In this document: piece by piece, positions 31,544-40,969 of the stretch
How the letters are laid out: the number at the start of each line of letters is the position of its first letter
Position numbering within the stretch: position 1 is the first letter of the stretch
From: Acidobacteriota bacterium
GTDB taxonomy: Bacteria; Acidobacteriota; UBA6911; RPQK01; JAJDTT01
Direction of reading: 5' to 3'
Length of the DNA stretch: 64,000 nt
Assembly (NCBI GenBank): GCA_965263035.1
Contig: OZ253580.1
Span: 3,936,001-4,000,000, forward strand
Program-made: the position numbers and the translations under genes
The notes under the pieces: generated by a model
Databases searched by the model: none
Seen by the model: the letters and a program-made list of their open reading frames with translations, nothing else
Told to the model about the DNA's origin: nothing

Positions 31544-32615
31544 GTGCTGTCCCTGGCGGGTTGGAGGTCTCCAGGGCCTCCGGAGGATTCGCCTTGATCT
31601 CGACCTTGAACTCTGGCGGCTTCGCCGAAAACCGGGGAGTCAGGGGCGTTGGTTAGGGAACAGCCGACGTTATGGTTAGCAGGTTGCAGTGACACCATGA
31701 AGGCAGAGTCAAATCGGACCTTTATGATTGCAGGCCCTCCCATTCTGTCTCTCTTGGGTCTCGCCCCTGCCGAAGTCGTGGCCGCGTACGTGGCTGATGC
31801 ATTCGGCTTGATTGCCGCCCATATTGCCCGTCGCTACGGAGCCGAGATTGACTTCGGCCTGAATCAGGGCGCAAAAAAGAAGGCGTAGCGCGATCAGGAG
31901 AGGCGAACCGGAAGCCATCAGGGGAAGGGATCCGGCACAGCCTCTGCTTCCTGCCGATCGAATCCGGCAGCGACCAGTTGACGGGTGATGGTGAGTGTAT
32001 CAGTGGTCATCTGATTTTTTCCTCAAGTCCGTCTCGCTGTCGTTTCAACAGCGCACGGCAGGTCATTTGCAGCATTTCCTGCACTAAAGGGCGCACCAAG
32101 CCGTCGGGAAGGCTGGCGTCGCAGCGAAGGAAATCTATAAGCTCGGAGGACCGTCCAAGAACCTGCTCATCTCGAACAGGCGGGTCTCCGACCTGTGGAT
32201 CGATCCATCGCGTGCCGACAACCGTCGGCGTTTCGCTGCTGTCGACCTGGTCGACGAGGATGACGTTCGCATCTTGCAGCGATACCTCGATGTCTTGCAC
32301 TCGGGCCGTCCGAGTCCGGCGGTTAAACTGTAGTTTCAGCCTGAGATCGCCATAAAAAAAGTAGTGTTCCAAGGTTTCCCCGCCACCGCGTGATCCAGTC
32401 CGACTTCCGCTGTGTCCGTCTCGGTCACCTCCCAAGAACCAGCCGGGACTTCCGCGCCAGAGGACGAGCACCTCCAGTTCTCCGTCACCCGCCTGCGAAT
32501 GATTGGTGAGCAACGTGGCTACCACAGCGGGAGACACCGGCCGAGACCCGCCGGCTCCCGAAGGGGGACGGTCCCGTGCCTGGGCATGGAGGGAGGCTGA
32601 CGCCAAGACGCCTAG

Positions 32616-34380
32616 CCTGCATTTCTCATCAGTAGAACAATAAACGGAAGTTGAACCGTCGTCTGGGTGATTCTTTATCCATACGAGTTCAAGAGGCAGT
32701 TTTCGTGCTCGAACGTGCCGACCAACGGCCAGATGCAGCGCTTCTCCAGAGCCTTTTGACGCCCATCCTGCGCTTCTGAGCGACGACTCTCGACCCGGTG
32801 CCCACTCCGGGGCGCAGTCCATCCTGGGGACTCCCAAGTCGCCATCGTCCAAAGAGTTCTTTCCATCCGTTGCTAACAGCGAAGCGGGAGGGCTTGCACT
32901 TGCGTCAGAGCCGTCCTCAACAGCGCCGCATACGGATAGCTCTCGGAAAAGGACAACCAGACCTTGCGGCTGGTGATCCGGACCTGTGCCCCGATCTTCA
33001 GCAATCTCACCCGCAGGGTCCAGCTCTGCGCCCGCGCCAGCTTCGTCCCCGCCAGCCCCACCCGTCGCAACGTCTCCATCATCACGTAGGCGAATGCCGA
33101 GAAATACAACCGCAGTTGATTCCCCGCCAGCTTCCGGGTCGACGTGCGGTCCGCAAACAGACCCATCTGCTGTTCCTTTATCCGATTCTCCATGTCTCCC
33201 CGCGCGCAGTAGACCTCCTCGTACAATCTTCGCCCATCGCATTCCTGGACCGGGACCGAAGTCACGATGAATCGCGGGTTCTTTCCCCGGGGCAGGTGCT
33301 CCACCTTCGCCACCACCCGGCGCTCGCACGACCAACTCTTGTGCGTCTGATAGCGCAGTTCCTGGAACTGCCTCACGGCCTTCCCGATCGCCCGCTGCAA
33401 CTGCCGGACGGTCTCCATCCGGGTCGCGATCCTCCGCTTCAGCCGATCGTTCTGCGCCAACCCCAGGACGTAATCGATCCCTTCCTTCTCGCACCAGACC
33501 ATCAACTCGTCGTTGGAGAAGGCACTGTCCCCTCGAACCGTGATCCGCACCTGGGGCCACGCTTCACGCAGCCGCCTCACGATTGGTTCCAACTCCGCCA
33601 CCACCCCGTGGGCCGCGCCTCGATCCGCCGTGCGCAGCCGCGCACGCAACAGGTGTTCCCCACAGAAGACGTACAGCGGCAGGTAGCAGTAGCGTTTGTA
33701 ATAGCCGTGGAAGAACCGTCCCTCCTGCTTCCCATGCAGCGGATCGTCCGTGGCGTCTACATCCAGGATCACCTCCTCCGGGGGCTCCGGATGCGCTTCC
33801 ACAAACACCTCCAGCAGCAGCTCGTCCATCCCCGCCGGGTCGGCCACGATCTTCTTGTACGCGCCCTCCGGTCCCTCCAACGGAGTCCGCTCCAGTCGGT
33901 TCAGGGTGCTCTTGCCTGCCAGCGGCTTGCCTCGATCCGACTCCACGCGCCGGAACTCCCCCGTCAGATCATCTCGATCACACAACAGCGCCAAGAGCCG
34001 GTCCCGGCACAACTCGTCGTGGTCGTTGAGGTCCTCGTAGCCCAGGCACAGCCCCAGCACCCGCTGTTTGATCAACGCCTCCACCGGGTGTTCGACTCGA
34101 TCCGAGTCTCGATAGTCGGTGAAGCATTCGCTCAGACGACCCAGAATCCGGGTCCGCTGCTCCACTTCGCGCAGGAGCACGCCACCGGCGTCGGAGGTGA
34201 TCTCGCCGCCGTCGAACCGGCCCACGACATCCCGTCCGTCCAGGCCCTGAAATCTGAGCTTTATTCTGGTACACTCTGCGGTCATAAGGTCGCGTCCCTT
34301 CTGCTTTGTAAGTTATTGATTACACAACACTTATAGCAGAAAACGCGGCCTTTATCAATCTTTCTGATGAGATATCCGGG
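32616..34380 (-). mobile_element. IS1380-family insertion sequence (intact)
   Basis: TIR CCTGCATTTCTCATCAG / CTGATGAGATATCCGGG. CTAG duplicated at 32612-32615 and 34381-34384. Confidence 0.92.
32873..34285 (-). CDS. IS1380-family transposase
   Basis: TSDAG, LAGKSTLNR, LDVDATDDPLHG, RGDSAF and YCARGDMENRIKE. Confidence 0.95.
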   Translation of the reverse strand: MTAECTRIKLRFQGLDGRDVVGRFDGGEITSDAGGVLLREVEQRTRILGRLSECFTDYRDSDRVEHPVEALIKQRVLGLCLGYEDLNDHDELCRDRLLALLCDRDDLTGEFRRVESDRGKPLAGKSTLNRLERTPLEGPEGAYKKIVADPAGMDELLLEVFVEAHPEPPEEVILDVDATDDPLHGKQEGRFFHGYYKRYCYLPLYVFCGEHLLRARLRTADRGAAHGVVAELEPIVRRLREAWPQVRITVRGDSAFSNDELMVWCEKEGIDYVLGLAQNDRLKRRIATRMETVRQLQRAIGKAVRQFQELRYQTHKSWSCERRVVAKVEHLPRGKNPRFIVTSVPVQECDGRRLYEEVYCARGDMENRIKEQQMGLFADRTSTRKLAGNQLRLYFSAFAYVMMETLRRVGLAGTKLARAQSWTLRVRLLKIGAQVRITSRKVWLSFSESYPYAALLRTALTQVQALPLRC

Positions 34381-34729
34381 CTAGCAAAAGGAAGCATTGC
34401 ACTTTTCGTGACATTGTGTTCCCCGGTCACGTTCAAATCAGCGGTTCGCCCAGGCAAGTGACCGGAACATAGTCAACGACTTTCGAACGCTGTGCCTCCG
34501 CGAGCTGAAGAAGATCGAGTAGGCGTGGCCGGGCCTGAATACCGGGCAAACACGCTCGCTTCCCGCCGAATTGAACGGAACAACGCCCTCGTTTCATCTT
34601 ACAAGTGGCTGTAAGCAAGTAGTTAACTACCTGCAACCGGCGCGCGCGGCACTGGGGAAACCGCCAAAGAGAAGAATCCCGGGCGGCGACGGAGGAGGAG
34701 ACGCGAACGGAGACACCCGAGGAGAGCTG

Positions 34730-35317
34730 ATGATCGAGCGGAACAAGATCGCACTTTGGCGTTGGAGGAGCAGCTGCCCGGCCCCTCGCGGAAGACTGGC
34801 CATTCCCACCGTCCTCTCGATGCTGCTGCCGGTGTCGGCCGCCACGGCGAGCGGCCAAGAACACGTGTCCGTTTCCGATCGCAGTCGCTTCATGTTGTAC
34901 AACGCCTGCCGTCCCATGGGAGTGTGGCGGGGTGAGTTCGGACTCTCCGCTTCTGATGAGAGCACCATCGAACTCACTCCGGAGCACATTCAGGCCGTTG
35001 CCGAAAGCCGCTTACAGGAGCAGTATCTCTACACGGCTTTGCCAAGCGAATCGAATCAGGCGCACCTGGGTTTCTCCGTCAATATTCAGGAAGTCTGCGC
35101 CGGAGAATCGTACGCATACGACATCTCACTGAAATACAATAAGCTGGTGACCGACGCGGCTACCGGCGTGGAGTACACGGCGACCACGTGGAGATCCGGA
35201 AGCAGCGGGTCCGGAGCGACAGATTCCGAATTCATCGTGGAAAGTTTCATAGAACTCCTCGATAGGTTCTTGGAGGAGTACCTGCGAGTGAACGGAGAGG
35301 ACTGCCACTGGCCCTGA
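34730..35317 (+). CDS. Exported hypothetical protein
   Basis: GGAG RBS, hydrophobic N-terminal stretch, LYNACRPM...AESRL...YNK...ATTW...DRFLEEYLRVN..C. Confidence 0.65.
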   Translation: MIERNKIALWRWRSSCPAPRGRLAIPTVLSMLLPVSAATASGQEHVSVSDRSRFMLYNACRPMGVWRGEFGLSASDESTIELTPEHIQAVAESRLQEQYLYTALPSESNQAHLGFSVNIQEVCAGESYAYDISLKYNKLVTDAATGVEYTATTWRSGSSGSGATDSEFIVESFIELLDRFLEEYLRVNGEDCHWP

Positions 35318-35361
35318 GCTACAGGAGATCAAGGAGTCGTGGCCCGGATCGCCGCCGTCGA

Positions 35362-35528
35362 CTAGGAGCCTGCGCCGCAGAAATTGATCTACTGCGAAAG
35401 CGGTAGAATCGGTCCATATTTCCCCGATTTCTCGGCGAATAGAACGACTATGCACCTCCAAATCGAGAAAATCTGGCCTCGATTCCCCACTTTCTCGCTA
35501 CGATCATTTCTACCGCGCAGACTCCTAG
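35362..35528 (-). mobile_element. MITE family A, copy 3 (inverted)
   Basis: Reverse complement of 18841-19007 with a few substitutions. CTAG on both sides. Confidence 0.88.
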
Positions 35529-36049
35529 ATAAAAATATCCTCGTCCGTGGTGTAGTCGTCCGCCGGCCGCCCATCCCGCCCGAACCATCGCTCCACGATC
35601 GACCGGCCCGCCTGAATCAGAGCTGAAATCTGCTGCGTCGGCACCATGATGCTGCGGTGGATGCGATAGGTTTCCGTCGAGATCCGGTTCAGGGCCCTGT
35701 TCATTTGGGAGGCCGCTTCCTGGGCGCCTGCCCGCAACGTATCCAGGCTCCGGGCGGTCTTCTCCTCGATCTCCCGGACCGAGTCGCGCACGCTGTCCGA
35801 ATGTCCGGAGGCCTCACGGGCCCAGCCGGACACCATCTTCAGGACGGGGATCATGTCCTCCAATCTGTCGTCGGCCTGTCTGACTGCTTGCCGAAACCGC
35901 TGGGACGTCCGGGTCAGTTCCTGGCACAATGAGCCGAGACCGCGCAGAGTGGAGGTCAGCAGGAAGGTGGTGAAGAGAGTCTGCACGATGACCAGAATCG
36001 TCATGATGACGACACCGATCACCACCGGTTGGGAGAGTTCGGATCCCAT
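35525..36049 (-). CDS. Membrane-anchored coiled-coil protein (DUF948-like)
   Basis: N-terminal TM helix, long helical body, C-terminal DEDIFI. Confidence 0.65.
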   Translation of the reverse strand: MGSELSQPVVIGVVIMTILVIVQTLFTTFLLTSTLRGLGSLCQELTRTSQRFRQAVRQADDRLEDMIPVLKMVSGWAREASGHSDSVRDSVREIEEKTARSLDTLRAGAQEAASQMNRALNRISTETYRIHRSIMVPTQQISALIQAGRSIVERWFGRDGRPADDYTTDEDIFI

Positions 36050-36144
36050 GCCGGGAAGAAACGTATCACATTCCCCCGGGTGCGGGAAGAAGTGTCTGAG
36101 GGCTCTTCACCCTGACGCTACCCGTGATTGAAGGCCGGGCCAGG

Positions 36145-37173
36145 ATGGAGCCGAATCGTCGCGCTCAGCTCACGCACAAGATCAAGAAGAGAGCCCGCCA
36201 ACTGGGATTTCATGGCGTAGGCGTCTCACCGGCGGACCCGGGACCCGATGACAAGCTGCGTGTCTGGCTGGAACTCGGATTCCAGGGTTCCATGGACTAT
36301 CTGGAGCGCCAGGCCGGGAAGAGGCTCGATCCGGGGAAGGTGTTGCCGGGCGTCCGGTCCATGATCTGCCTCGCCTTGGCCTACCCGCATTCCCAGCCGT
36401 TGCCCTACGACGATCCCAACCGGGGAGTCATCTCCAGGTATGCATCGGGGGACGACTACCACTCGGTCATGGGATCCCTCATGGCGCGGCTCCTGGAGTC
36501 GATCCGGGAGGAACTGCCGGGCGTCGGGGGCAGGTCCTACGTCGACAGCGGTCCGGTGATGGACAAGTACTGGGCGTCCCGGGCGGGAATCGGGTGGCTG
36601 GGGAAGCACACCAATATCCTGGACCGGAAGCTGGGATCCTGGTTTTTCCTGGGCGAGATACTGGTGGACGTAGAGTTGGACTATGGCGAACCGGCCCTGG
36701 ACCACTGCGGCTCCTGCACCCGCTGCATCGATGCCTGTCCCACGGACGCCATCGTCGAACCCTACCTGCTGGACAGCCGCCGCTGCATCTCCTATCTGAC
36801 CATCGAGCTGAAGGAGGACATTCCCGAGGATCTGCGAGAGCCTCTGGGCAACCTGGTCTTCGGTTGCGACATCTGCCAGGACGTCTGTCCCTGGAACCAT
36901 CCGGTTCCCGATTCCTCCGTCCTTGAACTGGAGCCTCGTCGCGTCAACCGGTCGCCCGAACTCTGGGAGCTGGCCCAGTTGTCGCCGGACGAGTTCCGCG
37001 AGAGGTTCAGCGGCAGTCCCGTCAAGCGGGCCAAGTGGCGCGGTTTCGTCCGCAACGTCGCCGTGGCCATGGGCAACTCCGGCAACCCCGGTCTGCAGCC
37101 GGAGTTGACGAGTCTCCTGGACTCGGAGGATCCCATGGTCAGGCGCCACGCGGGTTGGGCGCTGAAACAGTAG
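36145..37173 (+). CDS. queG: Epoxyqueuosine reductase (HEAT tail cut by TAG; frame continues to 37296)
   Basis: ISRYA..DYH, YVDSGP, GWLGK, CGSCTRCIDACPT, CISYLTIE and GCDICQDVCPWN. Confidence 0.95.
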   Translation: MEPNRRAQLTHKIKKRARQLGFHGVGVSPADPGPDDKLRVWLELGFQGSMDYLERQAGKRLDPGKVLPGVRSMICLALAYPHSQPLPYDDPNRGVISRYASGDDYHSVMGSLMARLLESIREELPGVGGRSYVDSGPVMDKYWASRAGIGWLGKHTNILDRKLGSWFFLGEILVDVELDYGEPALDHCGSCTRCIDACPTDAIVEPYLLDSRRCISYLTIELKEDIPEDLREPLGNLVFGCDICQDVCPWNHPVPDSSVLELEPRRVNRSPELWELAQLSPDEFRERFSGSPVKRAKWRGFVRNVAVAMGNSGNPGLQPELTSLLDSEDPMVRRHAGWALKQ

Positions 37174-37288
37174 GGCACGCGGGAGGCGCTGGACGCCGTC
37201 CGCAGGCGTTGCTCCCGGGAGTCGGATTCTGAGACGAGAGCGACGCTGCGCGAACTGCTCGACGACGAGGCGGCCGATCCGGCGGGGG

Positions 37289-37759
37289 TCAGTTGATCCG
37301 GGTCGAGGAATGCTGCCCGACTCCGGCTGCGGCGGCGATTGGCGCCATCCTGCGCTCCAGATCCGCCAGTTTCTGCCGGTTCGCCTCCAGCGTCTTGGGC
37401 TGGACGACCTGGCCGATGAACTCGACGTGCATGGTCCAGGCTTGTTCCACTTGGCCGGTGTCCGGATTCCGGTACCAGCCCGCCTCCCAGGTACGCTTGT
37501 TGTTCAGTTCCCAGGAGATGATCTGACCCGGCTGGTAGCTGTACCGAGTCGGAACCACATCCAATTCCAGGATCTGGTCGTCGGGATCCAAAGGCAGCAG
37601 CACGGCGATGCGGGCATCGGGAATCTGGTTGCGGCACTCCGGGTCGGAGAACCCGGGCAGGTCCGTGTAAAGGACCCGATAGGGCACGATCGGCATCTGG
37701 TCTGTTTCTTCGGGACGAGCACCCAACTGGGCTGTAGACTCGCTTGTTTCTTCGGACAT
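37289..37759 (-). CDS. Hypothetical protein
   Basis: GGAGG RBS and GC3-biased ORF. No family recognised. Confidence 0.6.
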   Translation of the reverse strand: MSEETSESTAQLGARPEETDQMPIVPYRVLYTDLPGFSDPECRNQIPDARIAVLLPLDPDDQILELDVVPTRYSYQPGQIISWELNNKRTWEAGWYRNPDTGQVEQAWTMHVEFIGQVVQPKTLEANRQKLADLERRMAPIAAAAGVGQHSSTRIN

Positions 37760-38165
37760 TTCAGGAACCTCCCAGGCCGGCTTTCTCCGCACGGGCGTGA
37801 ACGCGGCGTTCGGATCTGACGTGAGAGCCGCCGGCCAAATTGGAGGGGAATGATAGCAGAGGAGAACGAGAAAAGAGAAAAGAGGAAAGCTCCCTCACCG
37901 GCTGGGCTCCGGAGGATTCATGGAAGAAACAAGCCTTCGAACCAATCTGGCTCCAGAATCCTTAACCAGATCGTTTTCGGTAGAGGTGCCCGCTACGCGT
38001 GAACTACACGCCTTTCTTCACTCTTTGCTCTTTCCTCTGTTTCTCAGAAGAGTGTGGGGGAGCGGGTTGGTCACATGGAGGTGAGAGAGTTGCCCCCGGT
38101 TTGGCCAGTGAGTGTGTCGCCGGTCATTGTTGCAACTGGATCGTTCGAGAACGGATCTTGACGGC

Positions 38166-38717
38166 ATGAGCAGTTTCGTCGCCATCGATTTCGAGACCGC
38201 CAATGACAGCCGGGACAGTGCGTGCTCGGTGGGCCTCGTCGTGGGCCGCGAGGGCAAGATCGAGGTTTCGCGGACGTTTCTGATTCGGCCGCCGGCGCCG
38301 GAGTTCAGTTTCACCTGGGTCCACGGACTGGACTGGGAGGACGTTCGCGGTGCGCCCACCTTCGGCGAACTCTGGCCGACACTGAGTCCTTGGATCAAGA
38401 GTGCGGAGTTCGTCGCTGCTCACAACGCGCCGTTCGACAGAAGCGTCCTCAGCGCCTGTTGCGCCACCTATGGCGTCGCGGCTCCCCGAAAGCCCTTCGT
38501 CTGTACGGTGCAGTTGGCGCGGTCGCAATGGGGGATCTTCCCGACGACGCTGCCCCATGTCTGCCGGCGGCTCCGCATCCCCCTGAATCATCACGAATCG
38601 GGATCGGACGCGGAAGCGTGCGCACGCATCGTCCTTGCCGCCGAGGCGGCGGGATGGAGTCGTTTGCGACCCGGTCGCCGTCGGAAACGATTTTCCGGGT
38701 CGCATCGAGGCCGGTGA
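38166..38717 (+). CDS. DEDDh 3'-5' exonuclease (DnaQ-like)
   Basis: FVAIDFETAN, AHNAPFD and HHESGSDAEAC. Confidence 0.9.
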   Translation: MSSFVAIDFETANDSRDSACSVGLVVGREGKIEVSRTFLIRPPAPEFSFTWVHGLDWEDVRGAPTFGELWPTLSPWIKSAEFVAAHNAPFDRSVLSACCATYGVAAPRKPFVCTVQLARSQWGIFPTTLPHVCRRLRIPLNHHESGSDAEACARIVLAAEAAGWSRLRPGRRRKRFSGSHRGR

Positions 38718-38838
38718 GGAGAACAATAATCCTTGGAAATATGCAGGTGACTTGCCGATTTTCAAGGATTATGGGGCTTCGTCATGCTGCTGGAACAGGA
38801 CTCCAGTTTCAGCACTTGGCTTCGACTGTCATTTAGGC

Positions 38839-38931
38839 ACCTTCAACCGGAGGGACTTCAGCGGTGTCCATTAGCATTTCGGGATTGCGCTGCTATCGCC
38901 GCAACAAGCCCTGAGAAGAATTTTGGCATGA
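38839..38931 (+). pseudogene. PIN-domain toxin C-terminal remnant
   Basis: TFNRRDFSGVH*HFGIALLSPQQALRRILA*, ending in an ATGA overlap with the antitoxin start. Confidence 0.6.
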
Positions 38932-39179
38932 AGAAGAAAGTCAGCGTCTATCCGTTGCGTTTGCCGGCGTCCTTGAAGGCGGCCGTCGCCGAGATAAGCA
39001 GAGAAGAGGGCACGAGCATCAATCAGTTCGTGGCCATGGCTGTCGCCGAAAAGATCTCCGCCATGAAAATCGCCGAATTCTTCACTGCCCGAGGTGCCGA
39101 AGCCGATATCGAGGCGGCACGCCGCCTGCTTCGGCGAGACGGGGGCCAGCCACCGATGCCCGATGATCGCCTGTCATGA
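38928..39179 (+). CDS. Ribbon-helix-helix (HicB-like) antitoxin
   Basis: YPLRLPASLK...EGTSINQFVAMAVAEKISA...P.PDD. Confidence 0.82.
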   Translation: MKKKVSVYPLRLPASLKAAVAEISREEGTSINQFVAMAVAEKISAMKIAEFFTARGAEADIEAARRLLRRDGGQPPMPDDRLS

Positions 39180-39441
39180 ATTTGCCGTGGTTGGGGTGGT
39201 CAAGGACGCATGCGAATATGGCTCGGTGGACACGGGGCCTGAATCGATTGTCGCGGATAAGAGCTGAGCGCGTCTTTTTCGACAAGAATGTTCTGGAGGC
39301 GGCTGCATTACGGTCGTAAGGCGTGCCGCCAAAGGGCTTTGGTGGTGAACTCCCAGTCACCGCCCGTGCTTGGATGCAGGCTTGGTCGACAGACCGGCGG
39401 TCGCTCTCAGGATCTTCTCCGTCACGACCGATCAAAAACGC

Positions 39442-40782
39442 TCATGTCAGCCGGCCGAATCCCTGTTCCGGCAAGGGACCTTTCAGCCTCGACTCCAAGT
39501 CGTCCTTCCGGAGGGCTTGTTTCAGGACGGCCAGGACCTCGTCCAGGGCTGCCAAATAACCGTCGATGACCTCGTCGGTGTGGGCCAGGGAGACGGTGAA
39601 CGCTCCCGTGGACAGGTAGCCTCGGTCCAGCATTTCCTGGGCCATCAGCGCCTGCAGCGCCAAGTTCTTGTCACCGTGCCCGAAGGCCATGTGCGACATG
39701 GGGTATTGGCCATGGGGCTTCATGGCGATTCCGTGCCGCCGGGCCAACTCCCGCCAACCGTCGTGGACCTTGGCGCCGATTCTCATGGTGTGCTCCGACA
39801 GGCGGACCCGCTCCATCTTGCGGATGGCGGCGAGGGCGGCGGTCGGTCCCACGGCGTCGGTCCAGTAGGTGCTGCTGATGAAGGAGCTCTGAGCCGCCTC
39901 CATCACCTCCTGCCGCCCGATCACGGCGCCCATGGGATAGCCGTTGGAGGTGGACTTGGAATAGGCGGCCAGGTCCGGCTCCACGTCCAGCGTCAGATGG
40001 GCGCCACCCAGGCAGAACCTCCAACCGGCGCTGATCTCGTCGATGATCATGACCGCGCCGATCTGGTCCGCCAGCTCGCGGATCCGGTGGAGAAAGCCGT
40101 CCCGGGGAGGATGATCCCGCAGCGGTTCCGTGATGATGGCGGCCAGTTCGCCGCCCGTCCGGTCGATGATGGCCTCCAACTCGTCGATCCGGTTGTAGTG
40201 GAAGGGCAGGGCGGTTCCCGCCAGGGAGCGGGGCACTCCGGTCGGGTTCAGCCCCGGCATGAGAAGGCCGTCCAGGGCGTCGTGGTCGCCCAGGTTGGCC
40301 GCCAGGTACCAGTCGCTCCAGCCGTGGTAGCCGCAGAAGGCCACCTTCTCCCGCCCCGTGGCGGCGCGGGCGATACGGACGGCGACGGTCATGGTCTCGC
40401 CCCCGGCGCGGGCGTAACGCACCATGTCGGCCCAGGGGTGGAGTTGGCAGAACAACTCCGCCAGCTCCACCTCGGCGGGGGAGTTGAGAGTGGAAATGTT
40501 TCCCCGGTCGATGGCGCCCCGAACGGCCGCGTTCACGTCCGGGTCCGCGTATCCCAGGAGGCAGGCCCCCACGCAGTGGATGGTGGTGTCGTAGAAGTGC
40601 CGCCCGTCCAGGTCCCAGATCTCGCACCCGCGAGCCTTGCTGAAATAGGCTGGCCACTGCCGGGGCAGAAACCGTTCGGGCCGCTTGGAGAGCAGTTGAA
40701 CTCCTCCCGGGATGATGTTCTTGGCTTTTCGATACAGCCGTGCGCCCGTGGTTTCGGTCCAATCCACGCCGGAGTAATCCAT
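39442..40782 (-). CDS. Class III PLP aminotransferase (GSA-aminomutase-like)
   Basis: IPGG, WDLDG, CGYHGW, DEISAGWR, YSKS..NGYP and ISSTYW. Confidence 0.88.
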   Translation of the reverse strand: MDYSGVDWTETTGARLYRKAKNIIPGGVQLLSKRPERFLPRQWPAYFSKARGCEIWDLDGRHFYDTTIHCVGACLLGYADPDVNAAVRGAIDRGNISTLNSPAEVELAELFCQLHPWADMVRYARAGGETMTVAVRIARAATGREKVAFCGYHGWSDWYLAANLGDHDALDGLLMPGLNPTGVPRSLAGTALPFHYNRIDELEAIIDRTGGELAAIITEPLRDHPPRDGFLHRIRELADQIGAVMIIDEISAGWRFCLGGAHLTLDVEPDLAAYSKSTSNGYPMGAVIGRQEVMEAAQSSFISSTYWTDAVGPTAALAAIRKMERVRLSEHTMRIGAKVHDGWRELARRHGIAMKPHGQYPMSHMAFGHGDKNLALQALMAQEMLDRGYLSTGAFTVSLAHTDEVIDGYLAALDEVLAVLKQALRKDDLESRLKGPLPEQGFGRLT

Positions 40783-40969
40783 GATGTTTGCCTCGACTTT
40801 CCGTTTTCGTGCGCCAGGCAGGCGCCTGCGACTTCCTGTGATAGGCAAACGTTAGAACCGTCTCCCGGACAAAGTCAACCGCCCCCACCGGGGTTGGAGG
40901 AGCCGGTTCCCAATCTGCGGATTGACGGTGCCCCGGGGATACCCGATTCCGGTTGATATAATCCGCAGG

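Larger units (their letters stand above)
32007..34414 (-). pseudogene. Secreted hypothetical protein split in its signal peptide by IS1380
   Basis: Removing the IS and one CTAG joins MSRKVQCFLLL (ATG 34414) in frame to GVLASASLHAQ...EEKIR*. Confidence 0.8.

Noticed and set aside
31649-31888. Short ORF after the hybrid kinase
   Set aside because: No RBS or recognisable motif; possibly a gene fragment but not supportable.
24999-38874. Genome-wide stop-codon reassignment suggested by in-frame TGA/TAG in the DciA-like, queG and PIN frames
   Set aside because: TGA and TAG terminate many intact genes normally in this window; the cases fit pseudogenisation.
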